Positions 29,703 to 37,737 of a stretch of 64,000 nucleotides of DNA are shown here, in pieces. The notes beneath the pieces are model-generated. The model was not told the origin of the DNA and searched no databases. It was given only the letters and a program-made list of their open reading frames with translations. A program made the position numbers and the translations under genes. The stretch is from an uncultured Pseudomonadota bacterium (lineage in GTDB: Bacteria > Pseudomonadota > Alphaproteobacteria > RF32 > CAG-239): positions 88,900-152,899 of the forward strand of contig CADAAN010000001.1 in the NCBI GenBank assembly GCA_902785935.1, given 5' to 3'. The stretch's first letter is position 1. The number at the start of each line of letters is the position of its first letter.

Positions 29703-29891
29703 AAAACAAGCAAATGTTACTGAGATTGATATTCAAAGAACTCAAGATTCGAGATGGAAATGTTGGGTATAGCCTTAACGAACCATTTTCCTATTTTATT
29801 AAACAAGAATCTCAAGCATCAGCATAACTTTATTAATTAATTTGATTAAATTTCGAAGCTCTGGTAAATTTACCAAAAAGGAAACGAAACT

Positions 29892-31583
29892 ATGAAAGCG
29901 GTAATTTTAACAAGAGTTTCTTCAAAAGAACAAGAAGAAGGGCACAGCTTACCTGCCCAAAATGCAAGGTTAATTGAATATGCCAAGAGAAAGAATCTCG
30001 AAATAATTCGCACATTTCAAATTATCGAATCATCAACACGAGGAAAGCGCAAAGAGTTTATGGCAATGATAAACTTTTGCAAACAACAAAAGGAAACCAT
30101 TGCAATCGTTTGTGAAAATATTGACCGCCTCCAAAGGAGTTTTCGTGAGTCGGTGTTGTTAGACGATTTAATCCGTAAAGAAATAGTTGAACTTCACTTT
30201 TTTCGTGAGGGTATGATAATTGGCAAAAGCTCTACTTCCACCGACATTATGCGTTGGGATTTTGGTGTAATGGGTGCCAAGGCATATGTTCTTCAGCTTT
30301 CTGAAAATGTAAGAAGATCTTTAGAATACAAACTGAATAATGGGGAAGTAATAGGACCAGCACCTTGCGGATATGAGAATTATATAAATGAATACGGGAA
30401 ACATTCTATTCGGAAAAAAGAACCAGAGGCAACTTATCTCAAGAATTTGTTTGAATTATATTCCATTGGTAGTACATCCATCCACCAGTTAACTAAGATG
30501 GCTAATGATTACGGTATCAGAAGTAGAATGGGGAACAAACTTGGTGTGACGTCAATGATTGTAATATTAGATAATCCATTCTACTATGGGGAGATGCTTG
30601 CAAAAGGGCGATTACACCGACATATCTACGATCCGTTAATTACAAAAGAACTTTGGGATGCTTGCCAAGAACAACGGAAACTTCAAACAACGAAACCATT
30701 CAAGCAAGGAGAAATACCTTTTCTTTACAGGGGAATCTTTACGGATCATTACAAACAAAAGATATGTTCCTGCGAGATCAAAAAGAAGAAGTTTGTATAT
30801 GTGGTATGTTACAAAGAAAATGGAACACGAATTTATATACCTGAATATGTTATTGACAAGCAAGTTGAAGATATTTTAGATGATGTAGCTGTACCTGAAC
30901 AAACCATTTCTGATTTTAAGGAATACATTAAATCAAGTAAACAAGCGGAATTGGATTATCAAAGATCCGAATTAGAACGAATAGATGCTAAGCTAAAGAA
31001 AATCGACCAGCGTATGACGGCACTGTTTAATATGCGTTTAGACCAAGAAATAACCAAAGAAGAGTATGAAACCAAACGTGATGAGTATAAACTTGAAAGA
31101 TCTCGATTGGAATTACTGAGAAACGCCCATCACTTAGCAGATGACGGATTTAATGAGACAGTTTTGAATATGTTTGACCTGTTAACATCTGCAAAGGGCG
31201 TATTCAAATCAAATACCAGCGTTCAAAACAAACAATTACTGCTGCATTTCATATTTGAGAAATTGGAACTTAAAGAAGGTGTTATCAGTTATAAGCTGAA
31301 ATCTCCATTCTGCTACACCAAAGTTGATAGTTCGATGTCCAGTATGTCTCCTGTACCAGCAAAAAACGCCAAAAATTGGGAACTCATTGAAAATACAGAA
31401 TTAAATGGCAAATTTGGGGTAATTTCAGGTAATTTTGATGAAGACGTCTGGGAACCGTGTGGAAGCGCTGAAAACAAAGGGCTCTCGACGTGTTGCGAGA
31501 ACCCTGTACAGTTTGGCTGCTTCACCTGGACTCGAACCAAGATTGACGGAGTCAGAATCCGCTGTCCTACCATTAGACGATGA
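29892..31583 (+). CDS. large serine recombinase (paralog B) with ~60-aa C-terminal read-through across tRNA-Gln
   Basis: ~45% identical to paralog A over the catalytic, recombinase and zinc-ribbon domains. Homology with A ends near ...SPFCYTKVD (about 31340), but the frame stays open to 31583, spanning the complementary strand of the tRNA-Gln. Confidence 0.8.
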   Translation: MKAVILTRVSSKEQEEGHSLPAQNARLIEYAKRKNLEIIRTFQIIESSTRGKRKEFMAMINFCKQQKETIAIVCENIDRLQRSFRESVLLDDLIRKEIVELHFFREGMIIGKSSTSTDIMRWDFGVMGAKAYVLQLSENVRRSLEYKLNNGEVIGPAPCGYENYINEYGKHSIRKKEPEATYLKNLFELYSIGSTSIHQLTKMANDYGIRSRMGNKLGVTSMIVILDNPFYYGEMLAKGRLHRHIYDPLITKELWDACQEQRKLQTTKPFKQGEIPFLYRGIFTDHYKQKICSCEIKKKKFVYVVCYKENGTRIYIPEYVIDKQVEDILDDVAVPEQTISDFKEYIKSSKQAELDYQRSELERIDAKLKKIDQRMTALFNMRLDQEITKEEYETKRDEYKLERSRLELLRNAHHLADDGFNETVLNMFDLLTSAKGVFKSNTSVQNKQLLLHFIFEKLELKEGVISYKLKSPFCYTKVDSSMSSMSPVPAKNAKNWELIENTELNGKFGVISGNFDEDVWEPCGSAENKGLSTCCENPVQFGCFTWTRTKIDGVRIRCPTIRR

Positions 31584-31587
31584 AGCA
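31514..31587 (-). tRNA. tRNA-Gln (anticodon CTG)
   Basis: Minus-strand cloverleaf read directly: acceptor tgcttca/tgaagca, anticodon stem gcgga/tccgt with loop ttCTGac, T-arm cttggttcgagtccagg, discriminator g plus CCA; resembles enterobacterial tRNA-Gln anticodon/T arms. Confidence 0.8.
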
Positions 31588-31648
31588 ATTAAACTCGATT
31601 TGAGGTTTCTATATTCTTTTTTTATATTAATGTCAAATATTTTTTTGT

Positions 31649-31679
31649 TTGACAAGCAATTTTTTTTGTGTTTTAATAT
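31649..31679 (+). promoter_or_regulatory. candidate sigma70-type promoter for the LRR-gene leader (TTGACA ... TAATAT)
   Basis: TTGACA at 31649-31654 and taatat at 31674-31679 (19-nt spacer), ~30 nt upstream of the conserved leader. Confidence 0.35.
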
Positions 31680-31707
31680 TACTTAGGCAGGCAAAATGTT
31701 TTGTTTG

Positions 31708-31959
31708 TGGAGTGCCCTGATAGGGTACGGGGCTTTAAAACAGCCTTTCAGATAGACAGTGAAGGATAACGCTGTATTTAGTGTTGTTTTTTTGTTTTAA
31801 ACAATAGTTATCCCCGACAGATGTTGGGGAGTCTGTAACGGATGTACAAGGATATATTCCTAAAGGTTATGGAAGTCATTTTCTATCTGATGATTGTTTT
31901 ACTCCCCGTCGCTCTTTAAAAGTGCGGCTTTTTTAAAACGTAAAAACAGGAGAAATAAT
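31708..31959 (+). promoter_or_regulatory. conserved structured 5' leader (copy 1) ending in a terminator-like hairpin immediately upstream of the RBS of the LRR gene
   Basis: ~75% identical to the minus-strand leader at 57368-57627. Shared blocks: ccctgatagggtacgggg, cagtgaaggataac.ctgt, tagtgttgttttttt, ttatccccga, ggaagtcattt, ccccgtcgctcttt..ggtgcg.cttttttt. Hairpins are maintained with compensatory changes. Confidence 0.5.
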
Positions 31960-32913
31960 ATGAAAAAAAATATTTTAACTTTAAGTTTGATTTTGTGTTT
32001 CAGTCCGATTGGTGTAGCTTCGGCAGATGTTATCAGTTGCACAAACGGCTTAAGAGAAGATGGTGTGACAGCTTGCGATAAGTGCGGGGATCATTGCGAT
32101 TGGGCATTTGATGAACAAACCGGAAATCTTAGCGTATCAGGCAGTGGTGATATGTATGATTTTAATATGACTTTGGACCCCGGACCATGGAAATGGTACA
32201 ACACAGCTCCGTGGAAGGATTTTGCAGGTGACATCACATCTTTGGATGTGAAAGGCTTGTCTTATATCGGAAACGGGGCATTCGGAGGGACTTTAAATAA
32301 CCTGACTTCAGTCAGTTTTGATGATAAGCTCGAACAAATAGGTGGGCAAGCTTTTGATACGGCAAATCTTTCAAATTTAAAACTTCCGGATTCCTTAAAA
32401 AGAATTGACTCTTGGGCTTTTTCCGGTAATCTCAATCTGGCATCCGTTGAAATACCTGATTCTTTGGAATACATAGCTGCCGCAGCATTCTGGAACAGTG
32501 ATATTTCCTCTCTTACATTGCCGGATACAACTGGTATTTCAATCAAGTATCCTTTTGGGGCAAGGCACCTTTCTGATATGCAGATTGTTTGTCGCGGTAG
32601 TGAGGAAAATTGCAACTACCTGAAAGAAAAATTGGCACATTATTGCACGAATCCGAGCGGAGTTGATTGTAATGATGAAACTTATCAAGTTGACTTATCA
32701 GGCAAATTCAGTTTAGCCAATAAGAATAATTGCAACAGTGCGACTTATTATTGGGACGGATTGAGTTGCAAAAAAGAAGGTATAAACGGTGAGAGAACTT
32801 GTGTCAACGGGTTTAGAAAAAATGAGGCATACTGCGCACGCGTCATTTACACCATCGATGAGGCAAATAAGGTGGCGGGCAAGACAAATTCGGTCAAAAT
32901 CAGGTATCGATGA
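31960..32913 (+). CDS. secreted BspA-type leucine-rich-repeat protein with conserved KIRYR C-terminal tail
   Basis: Start placed at MKKNILTLSLILCFSPIGVASA (signal peptide). BspA-like LRR repeats (IGNGAFGG..LTSVSFDDKLEQIGGQAFD...LKLPDSLKRIDSWAFSG). C-terminus RVIYTIDEANKVAGKTNSVKIRYR. Confidence 0.8.
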   Translation: MKKNILTLSLILCFSPIGVASADVISCTNGLREDGVTACDKCGDHCDWAFDEQTGNLSVSGSGDMYDFNMTLDPGPWKWYNTAPWKDFAGDITSLDVKGLSYIGNGAFGGTLNNLTSVSFDDKLEQIGGQAFDTANLSNLKLPDSLKRIDSWAFSGNLNLASVEIPDSLEYIAAAAFWNSDISSLTLPDTTGISIKYPFGARHLSDMQIVCRGSEENCNYLKEKLAHYCTNPSGVDCNDETYQVDLSGKFSLANKNNCNSATYYWDGLSCKKEGINGERTCVNGFRKNEAYCARVIYTIDEANKVAGKTNSVKIRYR

Positions 32914-32914
32914 T

Positions 32915-33712
32915 TTATGCCCAGATGATAAGCAAAATACCCAGTCCTACACGATAAACAACAAAGGGCAGGTATGTCCACTTTTGCAACCACTTCATCA
33001 TCAAAAAAATCACGGCATATGAAGCCAAGGCCGAATAAAAAACGGCATCAAGCGAAAGTAAAATTTCGCTGATATCGTTTTTCAAAAAAAGTCTGTATCC
33101 CTCTAAACAACCGGCAGCAAAAATCACCGGTATCGAGAGCAACATCGAAAATTTTGCCGCATCAAGGCGGTTGATTTTAAGAATCCTTGCCATTGTGATA
33201 CTTATACCCGAGCGCGACGTCCCCGGTATAAGTGCCAAACATTGTGCCAAACCGATAAAAAGTGCATCTTTTATGGTTATTTTATGAAGAGTTCGTGTGC
33301 TTAAAGCAAATTTATCCGCCACATAAAGCACAATACCGTAAATTAAAATATTAAAACCGATAATTTTTGGTGCACGCAATGCTTCAAGCCCAAAATTTCT
33401 GAGCCAAAATCCGACACAAAGTGCCGGTAGGCTTGCAATGATAAGCAAAAAAGCAAGTTTGTTATAAGGCAAGCTAAAATCAGGTTTTAACTTATTCAAA
33501 AAAACTTCTTTTATCATCAACAATATCGTTTTTCTGAAATAAAACAAAACAGCAAGCAATGAGCCTATATGCAATGCAACATCAAGACCGACACCCTGAT
33601 CGGGTAAATGTGCCGCCTTTGAAAACAAAATCAAATGGCCTGATGATGAAACAGGTAAAAATTCAGTCAAACCTTGAATAATCGCAAGACCGATAAGCTG
33701 AAAAAACGACAT
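32915..33712 (-). CDS. uppP: undecaprenyl-diphosphate phosphatase
   Basis: 265 aa, 8-TM BacA/UppP pattern with conserved SRSG and PGTSRSG-like motifs. Confidence 0.85.
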   Translation of the reverse strand: MSFFQLIGLAIIQGLTEFLPVSSSGHLILFSKAAHLPDQGVGLDVALHIGSLLAVLFYFRKTILLMIKEVFLNKLKPDFSLPYNKLAFLLIIASLPALCVGFWLRNFGLEALRAPKIIGFNILIYGIVLYVADKFALSTRTLHKITIKDALFIGLAQCLALIPGTSRSGISITMARILKINRLDAAKFSMLLSIPVIFAAGCLEGYRLFLKNDISEILLSLDAVFYSALASYAVIFLMMKWLQKWTYLPFVVYRVGLGILLIIWA

Positions 33713-33715
33713 TTT

Positions 33716-34465
33716 TTAATAACTCCGACATTTTTTATCATGAATATCCAAAAGGGCATGCGGCCGAAAACGAACACCGTTTAATACGGCGCCCCAGTGC
33801 AAATGAGGTCCCGTTGCGCGACCGCTTTTGCCGACAGAGGCAATAACATCACCTTTTTTAACCCGCTCGCCTTGACGAACATAAATATCATTTAAGTGCG
33901 CATAAATTGTTTTTAAGTCGCCGCCGTGATCTAAAATCACCATATTTCCGGTATAAAAATAATCAAAGCCCGCAAGCACCACAACACCGTTACCCGCCGC
34001 CTGAACGGGTGTATTGAAAGGAGCTGCGATATCCGTGCCGCTGTGCGGATTTTTTTTAATGCCGTTAAAAATACGCTGATACCCGAAATGCCCGCTGATA
34101 CGACCTTCAACAGGCATTATAAAACCGTTTTTCCAGTCATCAAGCAAATTGTCATTCTGTTTTAAGGCATTTTTGACATCACTTTGCTCATGCGTAATTT
34201 CTTTTTCGTGTTTTTTTGAGGGTATGACTTTATGTCCGGCAACGCCTTTGATTGATTGAATATCCCATTTTGTTTTTTTGATATCAAAGGTGATACCTTC
34301 AACGTTTATTGATTGAGCATCACGTTCAATCGCCTTTAAATAGGTTTTGTCTTTTGATTTAATCAGTAAAAGTTCACCCTGCTTCAAATCGCCGCAAATT
34401 TCAAACGCAAAAGCGTCAAATACCATCAAAAAACTAATCATCAAACAAATCAAACTGCCGCGCAT
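33716..34465 (-). CDS. M23 family metallopeptidase
   Basis: HxxxD ... HLH motifs (GPHLHWGAV); start uncertain (overlaps the xseA 3' end). Confidence 0.7.
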   Translation of the reverse strand: MRGSLICLMISFLMVFDAFAFEICGDLKQGELLLIKSKDKTYLKAIERDAQSINVEGITFDIKKTKWDIQSIKGVAGHKVIPSKKHEKEITHEQSDVKNALKQNDNLLDDWKNGFIMPVEGRISGHFGYQRIFNGIKKNPHSGTDIAAPFNTPVQAAGNGVVVLAGFDYFYTGNMVILDHGGDLKTIYAHLNDIYVRQGERVKKGDVIASVGKSGRATGPHLHWGAVLNGVRFRPHALLDIHDKKCRSY

Positions 34466-35732
34466 CTCTGACCTCCGCAATTTTTGTTTTGACGATACCA
34501 TCGACAAATCTGATATTCAGTTCACCGCTTTTTTTCGCATTTGTTGCATCATAAACCGTTTTAAAATGCCTGTTTGTCACCCATGCAAAACCGCGTTTTA
34601 AAACCTGTTCGACAGATACGGCGGAAAGCCGTGCACCAAAATTTTCAAGCGCGATTTTTTTCTTTTCAATCAAATTTAAAAGATAATAAGGCTTTAAGCC
34701 TATGGCGTGCAAACTTTGTGCTTTTGAGGACATATAGTACTTAAAAATGTTATTTAAGCGCAAAATTTTTTCATCAAAACGCTGACGATATTCTAATAAA
34801 ACTTGATTTAAATTGACAATTCCGCGTGAAATACCGACAAGCGATTGTCTTAAAATATCGATATAACGCGATATGGCATTTAAACTTCTTGCATCAAGCA
34901 TTTTAAGTGCACTGTTTAATTCAGACCTGACGGGAAGAGCAAATTCCGCCGCACCGGTCGGTGTAGGAGCCCTTTTATCGGCGACAAAATCAATCAGCAT
35001 TGTATCTGTTTCATGCCCGACTGCCGAAATAACCGGAATTTGGCTGTCATAAACAGCTCTGACAACCTCTTCTTCATTAAAAGGCCATAAATCTTCCAAA
35101 CTGCCGCCGCCGCGCGCCACAATCAAAACATCGGGTCTCGGAATTTTTGCATCTTTTGGCAAATTGTTAAAACCTTTGATGGCTGCGGCAATTTTTGATG
35201 CGGCACCTTCGCCTTGCACCAATGTCGGCCAAACAATTATTCTTGATGGAAATCTGTCTTTGACGCGGTGAATAATATCCCTGATGACGGCACCTGTGGG
35301 AGAAGTGACAACGCCGATAACATTCGGTAAAAACGGAATTTCTTTTTTATGTGCATTGTCAAAAAGACCTTCTTTAATGAATTGCTGTTTGCGTTCTTCT
35401 AATAATTTAAGCAACGCGCCTTGACCTGCAGGTTCTAAATGTTCAATCACCAGTTGATAAGATGATTTTCCTGAAAAAGTTGTAATTTTACCTGTGGCAA
35501 TAACTTCAAGTCCGTCTTCGATTTTAAGGGGCAGGTTGAGTGCAATACCCTTCCAACAAACAGCGCTTAAAACGGCATTTTGATCTTTTAAGGATAAGTA
35601 CCAATGACCGGAATCAGCTCTTTTCGCACCGAAAATTTCACCTTTGACACGAATTTTACCAAAAGTTGTTTCAACACATCTTTTGATGGCAAATGAAATT
35701 TCACTGACGCTGTATTCTCTGTTTTCTTCCAT
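34434..35732 (-). CDS. xseA: exodeoxyribonuclease VII large subunit
   Basis: 432 aa; N-terminal OB-fold region and conserved catalytic core. Confidence 0.9.
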   Translation of the reverse strand: MEENREYSVSEISFAIKRCVETTFGKIRVKGEIFGAKRADSGHWYLSLKDQNAVLSAVCWKGIALNLPLKIEDGLEVIATGKITTFSGKSSYQLVIEHLEPAGQGALLKLLEERKQQFIKEGLFDNAHKKEIPFLPNVIGVVTSPTGAVIRDIIHRVKDRFPSRIIVWPTLVQGEGAASKIAAAIKGFNNLPKDAKIPRPDVLIVARGGGSLEDLWPFNEEEVVRAVYDSQIPVISAVGHETDTMLIDFVADKRAPTPTGAAEFALPVRSELNSALKMLDARSLNAISRYIDILRQSLVGISRGIVNLNQVLLEYRQRFDEKILRLNNIFKYYMSSKAQSLHAIGLKPYYLLNLIEKKKIALENFGARLSAVSVEQVLKRGFAWVTNRHFKTVYDATNAKKSGELNIRFVDGIVKTKIAEVRDARQFDLFDD

Positions 35733-35870
35733 AATAAGGCGATTTTAACCTATTTATAAGCGGATTCAAGCCTTTTTTTAAGCTTTTAAGCTGAAAATAG
35801 ATATAAAAAAAGCTCTTTTTTATGAGATTAAATTTCACAAAAGAAAGAGCTTTTTTATTGACGATAATTT

Positions 35871-37133
35871 TTAGAACTTATAGTTCAATGACAGACCGAA
35901 AAGCTGTACGGAGTTTGTATAATCTGCCGTTACATTTTTACCTTTATTGCCTGTTAAAGCCGTATCAAGATGTGCTTTGTGTGCATAAATGTATGTATAA
36001 GCAACATCAAAGCTTAAATGTTCATTATATTGATAATTTAAGCCGGCTGAATACCATAATCTGTCAGAATCCGGAATACGCGGTGTTCTGTGTTGTAAGC
36101 GAACGGCAGCTTGGTCATAGGCCATACCTAATCTTAATTTCCATTGATTGTCGATTTGATAACTTGCACCAACGGCCCAAAAGTTTGTATCGCGCCATTT
36201 TTCTCTCACACCTTGTCCGCCGACCAGTGCATCATTTGATTTATATCTGATGTACAAATCTCTGAATGAGCTCCAAAAAACGCGTTGATATTCCGCCATC
36301 ACAGACCATTTGTCATTAATTTGATGAAAAACACCCATTGAAAGCATGGCAGGCGTATTTAAGTGTGCGGAAATACTTTGTGAACCGTCTGTTAAAAAAG
36401 TACCTGTTTGTTCATCACGTATTCTGTTTTTACCTTTTAATTTGTGCTGAACTTTGCTGCGATAAGATAAACCGACGCGCGTTTTTTCATTAAACTCATA
36501 CATCGAGCTTAATTGCCAACCAAAGTCAACAGCATCGCCTTGAACGGAAGAACTCAGTGAGCGAACACCCATGGAAGAAGGATATCTGCCGCCGTTTGTT
36601 AATTTTGCTTTTAAGTATTGAATCTGCAGACCGGCACCTAAAGAGAGTTTATCCGTCACTTTATAAGCGGCCATCGGCGTAAATGTTGCCGAAATAATTT
36701 TTGATGTTACACCATGCTCACGGCCCGCCCAATCTTCATCATATTTTGTAATCATTCCAAATGGTACATTCAAAGCAAGTGCAATAAATGCTTTGTCGTT
36801 TAATTGATGCGAAATTGCCATATTCGGTGCCACAGCGGCGTGAACCACATTATGCGAATCAGGATCTCTGTGTCCGCCCGCATCACGCACGTTTTTCATT
36901 TCAGCTTTCGGGGCAATATATGTGCCGCCCACATTGATATTTGTCCCTTTTTGGCGTGTAATACTCGCCGCATTGAAATACGCATAAGACAAATTCTCGG
37001 CGCCGGCTGTCGCGCCTGCGTATGCATTACCTTGAGCAGCGGCTGATTGTTCACGCAAATGATATCCTGCGGCTTGCACTTGAGCAGCGGCCAAAATTGT
37101 GCCCAGTGCCGTAAATGTTAAAAGCTTTTTCAT
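35871..37133 (-). CDS. outer-membrane transport protein, OmpP1/FadL/TodX family
   Basis: 420 aa, signal peptide, C-terminal ...NYKF terminal Phe, FadL-like strand pattern. Confidence 0.7.
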   Translation of the reverse strand: MKKLLTFTALGTILAAAQVQAAGYHLREQSAAAQGNAYAGATAGAENLSYAYFNAASITRQKGTNINVGGTYIAPKAEMKNVRDAGGHRDPDSHNVVHAAVAPNMAISHQLNDKAFIALALNVPFGMITKYDEDWAGREHGVTSKIISATFTPMAAYKVTDKLSLGAGLQIQYLKAKLTNGGRYPSSMGVRSLSSSVQGDAVDFGWQLSSMYEFNEKTRVGLSYRSKVQHKLKGKNRIRDEQTGTFLTDGSQSISAHLNTPAMLSMGVFHQINDKWSVMAEYQRVFWSSFRDLYIRYKSNDALVGGQGVREKWRDTNFWAVGASYQIDNQWKLRLGMAYDQAAVRLQHRTPRIPDSDRLWYSAGLNYQYNEHLSFDVAYTYIYAHKAHLDTALTGNKGKNVTADYTNSVQLFGLSLNYKF

Positions 37134-37277
37134 AAATTTTCCTTTCCATCAACGTTAAAACATATAACATTTCATCGCAGACAAAAGCGCATTTAAAAGG
37201 AAAAATCAAGTATTATTTTTAAAAAATCACAAAAATGTTACATTTTGTAATAAAATGTGATTTTATTTAACGAAAGA

Positions 37278-37562
37278 TTAATACCCGTAAACATTCAAGC
37301 AACGATGACTGTATAAGAAATAAGATTTTCTTGTCACATCATAATAAGTGACTTTTTGAATGCCGCCGTTGGCTGCTGCTCCCGGAATAGATACATTGCC
37401 GAACGGACCGAAAATTCCAAACACGAATAAAGCGCATTGACTGCCTGTTTTATCACCCATATCAATCGGATTTTTTGCTTTTGTACGCATCACGGGAATA
37501 GGTGTATACGAACAAGCGTTTATAATTAAACAAAGTCCCAAAACAAATAAAATTTTTTTCAT
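37278..37562 (-). CDS. hypothetical small lipoprotein
   Basis: 94 aa, lipobox LIINAC. Confidence 0.4.
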   Translation of the reverse strand: MKKILFVLGLCLIINACSYTPIPVMRTKAKNPIDMGDKTGSQCALFVFGIFGPFGNVSIPGAAANGGIQKVTYYDVTRKSYFLYSHRCLNVYGY

Positions 37563-37737
37563 CTCAAAGCCTTTTACGAATATATTACGGCTTTATTTTA
37601 AGTACAACATACCTTGAGGTCAAAGCATTTTTAAGTTTTATTTGCAAAATTTTTTAATAATCGTTGTTGACAAGTGTGCTTGAAAAGCATATGATGCCCT
37701 TTGTTGTATTTAACCGTTAAAGGTAATAAAAAATAAA

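Larger units (their letters stand above)
26345..31587. mobile_element. recombinase module (serine resolvase, XRE regulator + SNase, two tandem large serine recombinases) abutting tRNA-Gln; probable end of one or two tandemly integrated elements
   Basis: Gene content; the recombinase B ORF overlaps the tRNA. The left boundary was not determined from the sequence. Confidence 0.45.

Noticed and set aside
31696-31755. 19-codon upstream ORF (MFCLWSALIGYGALKQPFR) in leader copy 1 as a possible attenuation leader peptide
   Set aside because: The corresponding stretch in leader copy 2 has no start codon. The amino-acid similarity simply reflects nucleotide conservation, so the conserved unit is RNA, not peptide.
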